From: a virus
Taxonomy: Duplodnaviria > Caudoviricetes
Length of the DNA stretch: 64,000 nucleotides
Direction: 5' to 3' (one strand)
IMG/VR virus record: IMGVR_UViG_3300042319_002777
Location: 1,086-65,085 of that record
Each line of letters opens with the position of its first letter. The first letter of the stretch is position 1. The translations under genes and the position numbers were made by a program. Below, piece by piece: positions 19,401 to 28,495 of the stretch. The notes below the pieces were generated by a model that had not been told where the DNA came from, did not search any database, and was given only the letters and a program-made list of their open reading frames with translations.

Positions 19401-19646
19401 GGATCATGGCAGCACTTAGCCGTGACGAGAAGCGACGGCAGTCTGCGGTTTTTCATTGCTGGAACGCAAATAGGCGCAACCATAAGCAACTCAATCAACC
19501 TCACAGGCAACCAGCTAATAATAGGATATTACTATAGCAGCAGTTTTGCGATCAATGCTAAGGTCGATGAGTTTAGAGTTAAGAAAGGAACCGCCCTTTA
19601 TACCTCGGCATTTACCCCGCCAACTGGGGCATTCCCGGATCCCTAG
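16488..19646 (+). CDS. Tail tip/hub protein with AGSGSGVIAD repeats and a C-terminal LamG/concanavalin-like domain
   Basis: FLLHMNGSNGSTTFTD...FGTDDFTVECW...WQHLAVTR...VDEFRV...YTSAFTPPT. Confidence 0.8.
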   Translation: MSDTRAYAWCNLGPLAEQASSIADSHVQGSGVITVKGTVNLSGIYRPAPGTIVELAYSDGQNWIARLPCRLRVLSSFANPLAGKITSISVGCDLAYMEARKQPPDSLTTRQANPDTPEAVWRAAAPAIPASWLVGQILAALGLTAAGSIPLTNHYTRQEFDLTAGYVEELGKLASSEGYAVRMNTAGLVEFINKAPGETGTGPLLTEENLIDLNPINTGDLPGDAVYAKYTSLKLVVPSNLDEDSIKKRNWEREVSISAPQQYTHQWTEYAKTPILSQNGSPTYRQRRDANGQPVFWVGRSVQWGEESEILNGAVMDKVFEVKAYQLQEEINYITRTVTETTYDSRDRVRSRRTETLGLWGVDYSETAYTYGSTFYAPNSTFDPADNADVLNEVTIEFSAEAPLKMSAGYQQPYGELRGAGLGGQYQSAIRETEYDRNKASGTTKTVTTSYVPFISTPDGQEAISRLRDAGNQLDPSRLAQVLGIAKGLVSAGSETRISTGREFGLQRRPSEAERTAAANQKAPTVETTSEATWAVGSATSQTSIELSPPYVPDDRIVYSGGTNGTYSVIKSNADQAALHYARTENRLLLGHRNGNGIQVLPELLPVAPMGLVFIRLNGCTAAFRANGTTYNIDPQGVTATTDCLFWGAVDGAVADAWFPLPPGATSLPAPVAPTTNANPKPANAIAIPGGFSFTSPNLSSLFASLPSDQAPVFPRTVTPGAVLRPYHETVTIAAGGGAGAIATALPWIRQPAMEVLAGGGAGAITELVKVVLAGSGSGVIADLSADITPERLYAGSGSGVIADLSGEVFMERLLAGSGSGVIADLSAETLALFAGSGSGVIADVQEPDTFLLHMNGSNGSTTFTDSGGSGITVTAYGNAQISTADPLHGSGSLLLDGSGDYLQTAASSILQFGTDDFTVECWVKVISGTSNNGLFTFGSPNSGLAVGTYGDQWFLDRGDGNSYRMGAATTGSWQHLAVTRSDGSLRFFIAGTQIGATISNSINLTGNQLIIGYYYSSSFAINAKVDEFRVKKGTALYTSAFTPPTGAFPDP
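18805..19020 (+). repeat. Four coding tandem repeats of about 60 bp (AGSGSGVIAD)
   Basis: Repeated gcrggyagcgggtctggngtnatygcrga. Confidence 0.85.
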
Positions 19647-19673
19647 GAAACAGTTAAAGCGTGACGTGTCAAC

Positions 19674-19683
19674 CGGGAAAACT
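19674..19683 (+). promoter_or_regulatory. Putative late promoter (copy 8)
   Basis: Exact motif 20 nt before ATG 19704. Confidence 0.75.
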
Positions 19684-19703
19684 GAAGCAGACACGGAAAG
19701 CCC

Positions 19704-20147
19704 ATGCCCGCTGCAATGCTCCAGACCTTCTACGAGGCCGAGCGGTTGTACCTTGGGGAATATGCCGGCAAGAAAGCCCGCCTGTGCCTAGCGACAACCA
19801 CATCAGGATCCCCCAACCTCGGATCAAACACGGCGGCATGGGATGCCGTAGAGCGCAGCGGCAACGGCTATGCCCGGTGCGAGTGGACAATCCCAGCGGG
19901 AAACTTCAACACCACCACAGACCGCTTTGAGGCGGGCTCGTACACCTGCACGTTCACCGCTCAAGGATCGGCGCTTACCTGGAACGCTGCCTACCTGGTG
20001 ATCGGCACCATCAGCGGCAGCACCGTGACCTGGGGTACTGGCGTGTCGTTTGTGCTCACCGAAAGCCCCAGTATCAGCCTCGCAGCGGGATTGAGCCGCA
20101 TCTACACGGTCCAGCTGTTCACCGATGGGTTCACGGTGACGGCCTGA
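19704..20147 (+). CDS. Tail-associated protein, tandem paralog A
   Basis: YAGKKARLCLA...GNGYAR...LFTDGFTVTA. Confidence 0.75.
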   Translation: MPAAMLQTFYEAERLYLGEYAGKKARLCLATTTSGSPNLGSNTAAWDAVERSGNGYARCEWTIPAGNFNTTTDRFEAGSYTCTFTAQGSALTWNAAYLVIGTISGSTVTWGTGVSFVLTESPSISLAAGLSRIYTVQLFTDGFTVTA

Positions 20148-20167
20148 CTGGGAAGGCTATGCGCAAC

Positions 20168-20177
20168 CGGGAAAACT
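20168..20177 (+). promoter_or_regulatory. Putative late promoter (copy 9)
   Basis: Exact motif 20 nt before ATG 20198. Confidence 0.75.
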
Positions 20178-20197
20178 GAAGCAGACACGGAAAGCTC

Positions 20198-20647
20198 ATG
20201 CCTGCGGCAATGATTCTGACCCACTTTGAGACGGGGCGGTTGTTTGCCAACAGCTACGCCGGCAAAAAGGCTCGGCTGTGCTTGGCCGTCAACACTGGAT
20301 CGCTGAGCGCGGCCAGCACCACTGCCCAGTGGGACGCAGTAGAGCTGACCGGCAACGGCTACGCGAGACATGAATGGACGGTCCCCTCTGGCAGCTACAA
20401 CAGCTCCACGGAGCGGTTTGAGGTGCCGGCTCAGCTTTGCGAATTTTCAGCCTCATCCGGGGGTGCCGGGCTGAACTGGAACACCGCCTACCTTGTGATC
20501 GGCACGATCGGCGGCGGTGGAGCTGTCACCTGGAACACGGGCGCTTCGTTTGTGCTTCCCGAAAGCCCAAACATTGTGCTCAGCCCAGGCGAGCCACGCA
20601 GTTACAACGTGCTCCTGTTCACTGATGGCTTCCCGGTGACCGCCTGA
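20198..20647 (+). CDS. Tail-associated protein, tandem paralog B
   Basis: Colinear with and similar to 19704-20147. Confidence 0.75.
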   Translation: MPAAMILTHFETGRLFANSYAGKKARLCLAVNTGSLSAASTTAQWDAVELTGNGYARHEWTVPSGSYNSSTERFEVPAQLCEFSASSGGAGLNWNTAYLVIGTIGGGGAVTWNTGASFVLPESPNIVLSPGEPRSYNVLLFTDGFPVTA

Positions 20648-21537
20648 TGCCTGCCCGCGTCAACCTCAACGTTCCGCCGCGGCTGATTGAGTCCGCCAGG
20701 GCGGCGCAGTACGCCAACCGCGAGGCGCTGGATGGGAGGGCGCTGACCGAGAAGATCAGGGCCAAGGCTCAGGCCCGCCGGGCAGCCGTGCTGCGGCAGC
20801 AGTCGGGGGTGGCCCCGGACCGTGGCGATGACTCCCCTCCGGGTCGGGATCCGCTGAAGTGGAGGATTTGGAGGAAAAGGAGGCCGCTGGGAAGGCGCAT
20901 AACCTACACCATTGAAGGTGTAAGAGATTTTTATGTCATAGGCGACGGCACTGGTGCGATTGTCTATACCGTTATTGACGAATGGACAATCTACGTGGAG
21001 TGGGATGGATACGAGAAGAAAATTTGGGCAAAGCTTCTATTTCTTGATACCAAAATTGATAGCGACATAGGCGCACCTAGAAGCGCAGTGTATATTTCAA
21101 CCTTTGTAGACCCTCAAACCGGGGACGAACTGGCGCCGCTTATATCATGGATAAGCTATAAAACGTCCGGTGCTGGCGGGCCCATTGATGGAATCGCTGG
21201 AGGTGCCTTGGCCATGACGCTAGAAGACCCAATACCGTTTGACAGTTTTCCAGAAACAACCCAAGACCCATACGGAAGGCTTCTAAATCCTGCGCTTATC
21301 CCCGCATCAGGGACAAACTTGCTTGCAGGTGAGTACAACCCCTTGCACGCCTGGACTCCAGTAGCCCCCGATCAAGGCCCACCCTTAAGTTTTGGTTATG
21401 GAGTAACTGCAGCCAATCCCCTAGCTAACGAATACGACATCTCTAGGATTGAGCTTGCTCCAGGCTACGACAAAACATCATCATTAGCGTTGACCGAGGA
21501 AAGGTCTTACGGCGTCTCTATTATTGTGAAGCCATGA
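20647..21537 (+). CDS. Hypothetical virion protein with a GC-rich N-terminus and a lower-GC C-terminal domain
   Basis: Composition shift near 20900. Confidence 0.7.
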   Translation: MPARVNLNVPPRLIESARAAQYANREALDGRALTEKIRAKAQARRAAVLRQQSGVAPDRGDDSPPGRDPLKWRIWRKRRPLGRRITYTIEGVRDFYVIGDGTGAIVYTVIDEWTIYVEWDGYEKKIWAKLLFLDTKIDSDIGAPRSAVYISTFVDPQTGDELAPLISWISYKTSGAGGPIDGIAGGALAMTLEDPIPFDSFPETTQDPYGRLLNPALIPASGTNLLAGEYNPLHAWTPVAPDQGPPLSFGYGVTAANPLANEYDISRIELAPGYDKTSSLALTEERSYGVSIIVKP

Positions 21538-21665
21538 CCACCCCCTCCCCACCCCTCGTCCAGACCGCCCAGCTCGTGGCCCTGGCCAACCGTGACCGCC
21601 TCCTGCAGCGCCAGGCGGTGGATCGAGCCATCGCCAAGGCCGTGGCGCAGGCACTGAAGGGCTGA
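21534..21665 (+). CDS. 43-aa protein resembling the N-terminal helix of 20647
   Basis: LVQTAQLVALANRDRL vs LIESARAAQYANREAL; ATGA-coupled. Confidence 0.55.
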   Translation: MTTPSPPLVQTAQLVALANRDRLLQRQAVDRAIAKAVAQALKG

Positions 21666-21675
21666 GGCTTCGGAC

Positions 21676-21685
21676 CGGGAAAACT
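21676..21685 (+). promoter_or_regulatory. Putative late promoter (copy 10)
   Basis: Exact motif 41 nt before the scaffold ATG. Confidence 0.75.
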
Positions 21686-21726
21686 GAGGCGCACCTTGCA
21701 CCGGCGGAGCGATTCCCCGGCAACGC

Positions 21727-22548
21727 ATGAAAACGAATCAGCTTGATCGGCTTCTCGGGACTGCCGATGAATGGCAGCGACCATTGGCCACTGTGGACCC
21801 TGACCCCGTGGACGCGGGGGATGGCGGCGGCGGCAGTGACGAGCTAGACGCTGACGACTCCAGCCTGGGAGAAGCTGGCCAGAAGGCCCTCCGCGAGGAA
21901 CGGGCGCTGCGGAAATCCCAAGGCGCTGAACTGGCACAACTCAGGGCCCAGCTGGAGCAGATGAAGGGGCTAGTAAGCCCTGAGACCTTTGCCCAGGCCC
22001 AGGCCCAGGCGACGGCGCTGCAGCAGCAGCTGGCCGAACAACAACAAAGCACCGCGGCCGAGCGGCAGCGCCTGGAGGCCAAGGCCAACGATCGAGTGAG
22101 TAAGGCCGAAGCCCGCGCCACCAAGGCCGAGGCCGATCGCATTGCGCTGCAGGTTCGCACCGCCGCGCAGAATCTGTTCATGGCGACCGGAGGCCGCGAT
22201 GGCGGCGATGGCGGCGGGCAGACCTACTTCGATGCCTGGTTCGCGTTCCACGGCAGCCGCCACATCAAGGTGGATCCGGCCACCGGGAAGGAGTTCATCG
22301 TTGATTCCGATGGCGATCCTGTAAAGCAGGGCGATCAGAACGTAGATCCCGTGGCGTGGATCAACGAGCAGGCGGACAACAGCCCCGTGGTCGGGTCCTT
22401 CTTCAAGCCCAAAGGAGGCAGCGGCGGCGGCGGCCTGGTCGGCGCCCGCGGCTTCCGCACCTCACAGGGGCTGTCCCCGGAGCAGGTGAAGGCAATGTCG
22501 CCCAGCGAAAAACTGGCCGCTCACCGGGAGGCGGCGGCCCGCCGCTGA
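21727..22548 (+). CDS. Capsid scaffolding protein
   Basis: Acidic N-terminus, LGEAGQKALREER, coiled coil, FFKPKGGSGGG; directly before the capsid gene. Confidence 0.8.
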   Translation: MKTNQLDRLLGTADEWQRPLATVDPDPVDAGDGGGGSDELDADDSSLGEAGQKALREERALRKSQGAELAQLRAQLEQMKGLVSPETFAQAQAQATALQQQLAEQQQSTAAERQRLEAKANDRVSKAEARATKAEADRIALQVRTAAQNLFMATGGRDGGDGGGQTYFDAWFAFHGSRHIKVDPATGKEFIVDSDGDPVKQGDQNVDPVAWINEQADNSPVVGSFFKPKGGSGGGGLVGARGFRTSQGLSPEQVKAMSPSEKLAAHREAAARR

Positions 22549-22563
22549 GGCAGCCCGGCGGAC

Positions 22564-22573
22564 CGGGAAAACT
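22564..22573 (+). promoter_or_regulatory. Putative late promoter (copy 11)
   Basis: Exact motif at the start of the 159-nt capsid leader. Confidence 0.75.
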
Positions 22574-22575
22574 GC

Positions 22576-22688
22576 GGGTGATCCCAACGCGCGATGCGGC
22601 GGGATCACCCCCCAAGCGCGATGCGGCAGGGGCAACTGAATCCCCCGAGCCCTTGGCTTGTCGGCGTGGCGCGATGCCTGTCCAGACA
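22576..22688 (+). ncRNA. Structured capsid leader: three hairpins with GCGAU loops
   Basis: Perfect 10-bp stem GGGTGATCCC/GGGATCACCC, plus two more stems each capped by GCGAT. Confidence 0.55.
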
Positions 22689-22732
22689 GCTACTGAGCGA
22701 CGGATCCGCCCACACCTATCCCCTTCCCAATC

Positions 22733-23710
22733 GTGGCTGTAACCACCTATCACCAGATTTTCGAGCGCAAGAGCTTTGAAGCCGATGCGAATCTGCAGGA
22801 GCTTGCCGTTATTGAGACGATGCTCAAAAACGGCCCCCTGTTCGCGCAGCTTCCGTTCAAGGACATCACTGGCGCCTCTGAAGTGTTCGGCCTGGAAGAC
22901 GAACTGCCCGCTGTGGCCGCTCGCCTCCTGGACGAGAAGCCCAAAAATGGACGAGGCAGCTCCATCCCTCAGTCCGTGATCACGGCGATCTACACCGCTG
23001 ACATTGAAACCGATGTTCAGCGCCTCGCACGCGAAGGCCGAGGCTCTCACGACAGCGAGGTTCTCCGCAACGCCAAAGCCATTCGGATGCTACTGGAGAC
23101 CGACTTTATTCGCGGCAGCCTCCAAGCCAGCGGCGGCAGGTCGTTCAACGGCCTCGCCAACCTGATTACGGCTGTATCCACCAATAGCCAGGCCATCGCC
23201 AATCATGCCACCGGCGCCTCCCCTAAGTTGGCGGCACTGGACGACATGATGAATCAGGTGGACGCGGCGCCATCCGAGAAGAAACTGATCTTTCCCAAGA
23301 GCATGAGGCCCGCCTTGCAGGCCCTGCGGCGCGATCAAACCCTGACCGGCAACCTGCAGATCGAGACCAATGCTCTCGGCCAGCCGGCACTGTTCTACGA
23401 CGAGGCGGAAATCATCCTCACGGATGTTGACCCACTCAACGTACCGATTCAGGGCTTTACCGAAGGGAGCGGTGGCAATGCCTGCTCCATCTATTGCGTT
23501 GCCCTTGGCGAGGATTCGGTCTACATGGCCCAAGGCCTCAGCATGGTAAATGGCGAGCTTCAGCCGGGCCTGGTGGTCTATGACGTGGGCGAATCCTACG
23601 CCACGACCCACTTCAAAACTCGGATTAATATCGACTGCGCGGCGGTGATCAAGAACCCCCGCAAGGCTGCCCGCCTTTACAACGTGACCAAGGCCAACTT
23701 CGCGGCCTGA
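22733..23710 (+). CDS. Major capsid protein
   Basis: 325 aa after the scaffold; LPF..ITG, FIRG...SFNGL, KAARLYNV pattern of HK97-fold capsids. Confidence 0.85.
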   Translation: MAVTTYHQIFERKSFEADANLQELAVIETMLKNGPLFAQLPFKDITGASEVFGLEDELPAVAARLLDEKPKNGRGSSIPQSVITAIYTADIETDVQRLAREGRGSHDSEVLRNAKAIRMLLETDFIRGSLQASGGRSFNGLANLITAVSTNSQAIANHATGASPKLAALDDMMNQVDAAPSEKKLIFPKSMRPALQALRRDQTLTGNLQIETNALGQPALFYDEAEIILTDVDPLNVPIQGFTEGSGGNACSIYCVALGEDSVYMAQGLSMVNGELQPGLVVYDVGESYATTHFKTRINIDCAAVIKNPRKAARLYNVTKANFAA

Positions 23711-23747
23711 TTCAATCTTGCTTCTTTCCTTTACCCCCTGATTCATC

Positions 23748-24245
23748 ATGCCTGCTGCAGTTGGCTACACCAATCAACGAGCCGCCCGGATTGACCGGGA
23801 CAGCATCCTGCTCGGCTCCGTCTTTGCTGGTGTGAACGGTGACGGCGATCTTGAACCCGCCGCTACCCGCACCGGTGCCGCCCGCCTCCTGGAGGGGCGC
23901 CTCAACCCCTATGACAACTGGAAGGTCGTCGCTGTGGGCGGCCAGTCCAGCTCTGCTGGTGGCTACCTCGTTCAGGCCGCTCACGTGGCCCAGGGCGATG
24001 TTCTGGCCAATGCCTCGGCGTGGGCCACTATCGGCGCCATCGCTTTCAGTGGGACCGCCGAGGTGCCCCTGGGCTTCACCGGCGATCAAGTCGAGGGACT
24101 GGTCAGAGCCGCCGCCGTTGCTGCCAGCGCTCCCATCACTGGAAAGGTTCGCGTGGTTGCGCTTCGGCTGACCGCCGGCACCGGCGCAAACGGGGTTGCC
24201 GCCCCCAGTGGCACCGGCAACCGCATCCACCTCCAGCGGACCTGA
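23748..24245 (+). CDS. Putative capsid decoration protein
   Basis: Ala/Gly-rich beta protein directly after the capsid gene. Confidence 0.55.
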   Translation: MPAAVGYTNQRAARIDRDSILLGSVFAGVNGDGDLEPAATRTGAARLLEGRLNPYDNWKVVAVGGQSSSAGGYLVQAAHVAQGDVLANASAWATIGAIAFSGTAEVPLGFTGDQVEGLVRAAAVAASAPITGKVRVVALRLTAGTGANGVAAPSGTGNRIHLQRT

Positions 24246-24267
24246 TCACAGGGCCCTTTCGTCCACG

Positions 24268-24293
24268 GGGAGGCTGCGGCCTCCCTTTTCTTT
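24268..24293 (+). terminator. Intrinsic terminator
   Basis: GGGAGGC-tgcg-GCCTCCC-TTTTCTTT. Confidence 0.8.
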
Positions 24294-24301
24294 CAGGAAC
24301 C

Positions 24302-24592
24302 ATGAGCTTTCTATCAATCAGCGTTTGCCCTGGCATGGACTGGGACCCAGCCGCCGAATGGGCCAGGCCAGCTCAAGGCAACGACGCTGCCGAGGAGCAA
24401 GTCGCAGCCCCCGAGGACCCCGCGCAAGGGCAGGGAAGGCTGAGCCGGCTTACTGGGCGCCGCCGGGCTCGCACCGATAGCGGCACCTTTCAGGCGGACG
24501 ACCCGGCCACGCCAGCGGTGAACGAGGCCTACCAGGAGGTGGCGGAGCCCAGCGCCGAGGCCGAGTCCGAGCCGGGAAAACTGAGGCAGTGA
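24302..24592 (+). CDS. Small protein with an RARTDSGTFQADDPATPAVNEA motif
   Basis: ATG 24302; RxxxGxF motif related to the RDxxGRF proteins. Confidence 0.65.
   Translation: MSFLSISVCPGMDWDPAAEWARPAQGNDAAEEQVAAPEDPAQGQGRLSRLTGRRRARTDSGTFQADDPATPAVNEAYQEVAEPSAEAESEPGKLRQ
24573..24582 (+). promoter_or_regulatory. Putative late promoter (copy 12)
   Basis: Exact motif 38 nt before TTG 24621. Confidence 0.7.
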
Positions 24593-24620
24593 TCAACGCG
24601 GGCACCAACAGGGAAACGCC

Positions 24621-24725
24621 TTGGCAAACCAGACCGTCACTACCGCAGTCAACTACGACTCCGCCGTCATCGGAGGACTGCTCGACGGCGAGAGCAGCGT
24701 GATCGGCGGAGGGATCGAGACGTGA
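24621..24725 (+). pseudogene. 34-aa stub MANQTVTTAVNYDSAVIGGLLDGES..., probable remnant of a replaced fibre gene
   Basis: Follows the late motif; its stop overlaps GTG 24722. Confidence 0.4.
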
Positions 24726-27049
24726 CGTTTTCAGTATCCGGGTCAATTATCACACAGGCCAACGAGTCTGGAATTGCCATTACGGCAGCTGCTTCTATTT
24801 CGGGCGGCGTGCGGTTTACCTGCGCTCAGTCTTACGCGGCGGGCAATGTCGTCCGCATCACAGGCACCTCGAACTACAACGGCGACTGGATGATTGCCGC
24901 CAGAACCGCGACAACCTTCGACGTTCTGGAAAGCGCACAGGGCACGGGGATCACGTTCGTTTCGAGCCAGTCCGGCACTGCGGCGCGGGGCGATGCAAGC
25001 CTTGCAGGACTGACGGGCCTTGCGGGCGTGACAACCACAAGTCTCGATGCCTCCAGCGGGTATGTCGTTTACCTGCTAGGCGATAACGTCAAGCTACAGG
25101 TCAACGGCACGCTGTGCGTCGGCAGTCTGCGAGAAATCAACTCGACGCGCCTTGGTCACAATGAGCAGCTTGTGATCGGTCAAAATGCGATTAGCACGGT
25201 GCAGCCGGTGCTTCGCGTGGGAAGCGGTGGCGTTTTGGTGGTTGGGTGCAGGTACACCAACGTTGTCAACTACACCGGGACGACTGCTCCGCAATACACA
25301 GACGGGATCTCTCAGCAAGTCCTGATTTATCAGAAAGGTCAGTACGGGCGAAGCACCGCCGACGGCGATGGGGCGACATCCCCAGCAACTAACCCGGCCC
25401 CGGCGACTTGTTTTTTGGCAATTTCAAGCGGTGCGCGGTTCGATTGGATCAGCGGGACAATCGATCACTGGGCCGACATAGTTTTTGACAGCGGCTCAAC
25501 CGTAAACATTGGCTTTGAAGGGCAGCGAAACAAGGCGGTCACGGACAGCCGTCGCGGTTCGATGGTCATTTGGTTCAAGCCGGGAAGCTCGGTTTCGATC
25601 TTCGCCCTCAAGGCAATTGGTGATCGCGGCATCAATGTGACCAATGTCGCCAACACTGGTCGCGGTCCCACTTTTCAAATGCTGCAAGGCCCGGCGGTAT
25701 TCAAGGGCTTCGAGGGTTTCTGGTGGCGCTGTGTCGTGGGCCTCGCGAATGGCACGGGTGTCGGCGGCGCCTTTACCATCGAAGACTACGCTGGCGCGTT
25801 GGGGTCTGAGCTTGACATTGCGAAAGCGGTCCCGTCAGGGCAAACGCTGCTTGTCACTTTCAAAAACAGCGCGGTCGGGACAACGATGGTTGTGGTTGAT
25901 GCCTCCCTAGGAACCGTGCTGCTGTACGTCACTCAAAAGCTCACCGCTACGGTGAGAACGACTGGTGGTGTGGCAATTCAGGACGCGGTGATTTGGACGA
26001 TCAGCAATGCCGCCGTGCAATCCCTCGGCGTCACCGATGCCAGCGGGCAGGTGGTGATCGACAACATCGAGACGGGTTTTTCGCCCGACAACCAAGCAAG
26101 TGTGACTCTCCGTTTTGCAGCGGGCGATGTGGCGACTTGGAACGTCCGTGCGTATCAGAGTCTGTCTGCTGTCTATCAGGTGGTGATGCGGGGCATCGGC
26201 GGGTCGCAGGTTGCGCCTGCGATGGTGAGCGACTCTGCTGTCACGCTGAGTCGCTCTGCGGCGGGCGCACTGGCGAGCGTGGCTACGCTGGACAATTTTT
26301 ACGACGCCGCGAAGTTCTGGAACGTCAGCAGCGCGAACGTCAATTTCCCGACTGCATCAACTCAAGTCGCCACGGCGGCGGGCACCACACTTGACTTGGG
26401 TGCGCTGAATGTCGTTGTCGATGCGACGGCGGGGTCTGCTTTTGCCGTCAACACCGGCACGAACACGGTCACGATCAAAAGTACGGCGCTGGCGGTCGGG
26501 GCAAAATTCAGCAACCTCAAGACCACTGGTACGATCTCTTTTGCCAATGGCGCAGACGCGACCTGCACGCTTCAGGGCATCGTCGTTCGCGGCACCGCGG
26601 GCGCGTATTCGCCCAAGCTGGAAACCGCCACGATGCGTTTCACGGCGGCAGGAACCTATGACCTGCGCGGCGCGACAATCAGCGGCACCCTGACGTTGAC
26701 CAGCACCAGCGGCGGCGCGGTAACGGTGCAATTGCAGCCGGGCGTGACCTTTGTGAACAGCGGGCCATTGGTCACTGTGGATAACGCGGTCAGCGCGAGC
26801 TTCACGATTTCCGGCCTGGTACTCGGATCGCGCCTGCTCATCCGCCGCACGGATACACAGGCAGTGCTGCTGAATGAAGAGGCTACGGGCACCAATCGCA
26901 CCTACACCTACACGCACACCGCAAACATCCCGGTTGAGGTTGTCGTGCGCAAGGCGACTGGCCCTCCGGCGTATCAGGAATGGCGCACAACCGCCACCCT
27001 CACGGCAACGAACAGCGCGGTAACCGCTAACCAGCAACTGGACGAGTAA
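24722..27049 (+). CDS. Tail fibre/receptor-binding-like beta-rich protein
   Basis: 775 aa rich in Thr/Ala/Gly/Val; atypical codon usage. Confidence 0.7.
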   Translation: MTFSVSGSIITQANESGIAITAAASISGGVRFTCAQSYAAGNVVRITGTSNYNGDWMIAARTATTFDVLESAQGTGITFVSSQSGTAARGDASLAGLTGLAGVTTTSLDASSGYVVYLLGDNVKLQVNGTLCVGSLREINSTRLGHNEQLVIGQNAISTVQPVLRVGSGGVLVVGCRYTNVVNYTGTTAPQYTDGISQQVLIYQKGQYGRSTADGDGATSPATNPAPATCFLAISSGARFDWISGTIDHWADIVFDSGSTVNIGFEGQRNKAVTDSRRGSMVIWFKPGSSVSIFALKAIGDRGINVTNVANTGRGPTFQMLQGPAVFKGFEGFWWRCVVGLANGTGVGGAFTIEDYAGALGSELDIAKAVPSGQTLLVTFKNSAVGTTMVVVDASLGTVLLYVTQKLTATVRTTGGVAIQDAVIWTISNAAVQSLGVTDASGQVVIDNIETGFSPDNQASVTLRFAAGDVATWNVRAYQSLSAVYQVVMRGIGGSQVAPAMVSDSAVTLSRSAAGALASVATLDNFYDAAKFWNVSSANVNFPTASTQVATAAGTTLDLGALNVVVDATAGSAFAVNTGTNTVTIKSTALAVGAKFSNLKTTGTISFANGADATCTLQGIVVRGTAGAYSPKLETATMRFTAAGTYDLRGATISGTLTLTSTSGGAVTVQLQPGVTFVNSGPLVTVDNAVSASFTISGLVLGSRLLIRRTDTQAVLLNEEATGTNRTYTYTHTANIPVEVVVRKATGPPAYQEWRTTATLTATNSAVTANQQLDE

Positions 27050-27052
27050 ATC

Positions 27053-28495
27053 ATGCCAATCGCCACCGATTTCACTATTTCTCCGACCGGCGACATCCGG
27101 CGGCAAGCAGGGGCTACAACTGAGGTCTATTCTGTTCTGGCGCTGCATTCCTGGTTGCAGGACCTGGCCGACGACGCCACAGCTGCCGGTAACGACCTGC
27201 TGGATATCCTGGCGCCTAATCCGAGCAAGCTGGACGGCCCTCGGGATGCGGCAGTCGCCTCACGGCTCAACCTGCTAACGGATGGGTCGGTCGCTTTCAA
27301 CCTGGACGACACGGCGGCGCAGTTCATAAATTTTGGGTCAATCAAGCAGGCCGGCGCTTCAGTTCAATACTCGGGGCTTAAGACGATCGGCGGCATTGTG
27401 GCTGGCAGCCCGATCTATGTAGTGCAATCGGGGTCCAAACTGACAAAGTTTTGGGCAGATGGCCACGTTCAGATCCTGGTGAAGGTTAAAACAGCAAACT
27501 CTTTCATTGATGGCGGCAACGTAACAGCCTTCAGCCGGAAATGGGGGCAGATCTATTCGCATTTCGATGTGGGCCTATCCGCTGGTGGCGAAAGCAACGC
27601 GGCGCTTTCGACCGCGCTTGACGGTAATATCCTGTTGACTGAGGCGCAAGCAGCGCTTCTTTCAACCAAGGTGGCGGTAGCCTTTGGCGACACCACGCAA
27701 GATTTGGGCAACGGAAATGGTGGCAAGTTATACAAGGGAACCATTACCCTTTCCAACTCTTGCACTCTGCAGGAGGCCTACCAGTTCCTTCAATACCTAA
27801 CTCGGGAGAATAGCGTCGTCACCTTGAACGGCATTCCAGGCTGGCGCTACCGCGTGCTGAATGCGGCCTACACCGAGATCCCTTCGGCTCCCTTTGGCAC
27901 CTTCGCAGGCGGCACGTTTTTCGTAGCGCAGGGCTGGTTCATCACCGGTGTCCTGCCGGCTGAAAGCACTCGGTATCAGCTCATCGCGCATGACGGCACC
28001 CCGCAGGTTCCGCCAACCCTTGTCGGGATCACCATTGGCAATCTGGTTTCGGGCGACCGCGTTTTGGTGGCGCGTGATAACGGGTCGGGCGGACTGCTGC
28101 GGAATGAATACACACCTGTCGCAGCATCATCCGGCGCCACGGCCCTTACCGTGGTGGAAACTATCAAGACGGACACACCTTCGGCTGGCGTCATCCGCAT
28201 CAAAGGCTTGCGCTACACCTATTCCTCCTTCAATGCGAGCACCAAGACTTTCAGCGGTCTTTCCCCTGCCCTGGCCGGCGCCATTGCAACGGCGGATGAT
28301 GTGTTCGTGCCCTACATTGATCGACAGGCAGCGGGTACTACGGAAAGTGTCAGCTTCATTTTTTCTAGCAACTTCAACACGCGAGTTGACGTGCGAAACG
28401 GCAGCGGCGGGGCGCCTATCGTGCCTTTCTTTACCACGCTTTCTATCACTAATGCAGGTGGATCGGTCAACGCAAGTCGCAACAGTGATGTGTGA
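27053..28495 (+). CDS. Virion structural (tail/fibre-associated) protein
   Basis: 480 aa, YSVLALHSWLQDLADD; part of the same module. Confidence 0.7.
   Translation: MPIATDFTISPTGDIRRQAGATTEVYSVLALHSWLQDLADDATAAGNDLLDILAPNPSKLDGPRDAAVASRLNLLTDGSVAFNLDDTAAQFINFGSIKQAGASVQYSGLKTIGGIVAGSPIYVVQSGSKLTKFWADGHVQILVKVKTANSFIDGGNVTAFSRKWGQIYSHFDVGLSAGGESNAALSTALDGNILLTEAQAALLSTKVAVAFGDTTQDLGNGNGGKLYKGTITLSNSCTLQEAYQFLQYLTRENSVVTLNGIPGWRYRVLNAAYTEIPSAPFGTFAGGTFFVAQGWFITGVLPAESTRYQLIAHDGTPQVPPTLVGITIGNLVSGDRVLVARDNGSGGLLRNEYTPVAASSGATALTVVETIKTDTPSAGVIRIKGLRYTYSSFNASTKTFSGLSPALAGAIATADDVFVPYIDRQAAGTTESVSFIFSSNFNTRVDVRNGSGGAPIVPFFTTLSITNAGGSVNASRNSDV

Noticed and set aside
1741-19906. Near-matches to the late motif (CGGGAAAGTT at 1741, CGGGAAACTT near 19897)
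   Set aside because: Inexact, inside coding regions and not at a start-proximal distance
18690-20647. Diversity-generating retroelement in the tail repeats or duplicated genes
   Set aside because: No reverse transcriptase in the window, and the differences are not adenine-specific
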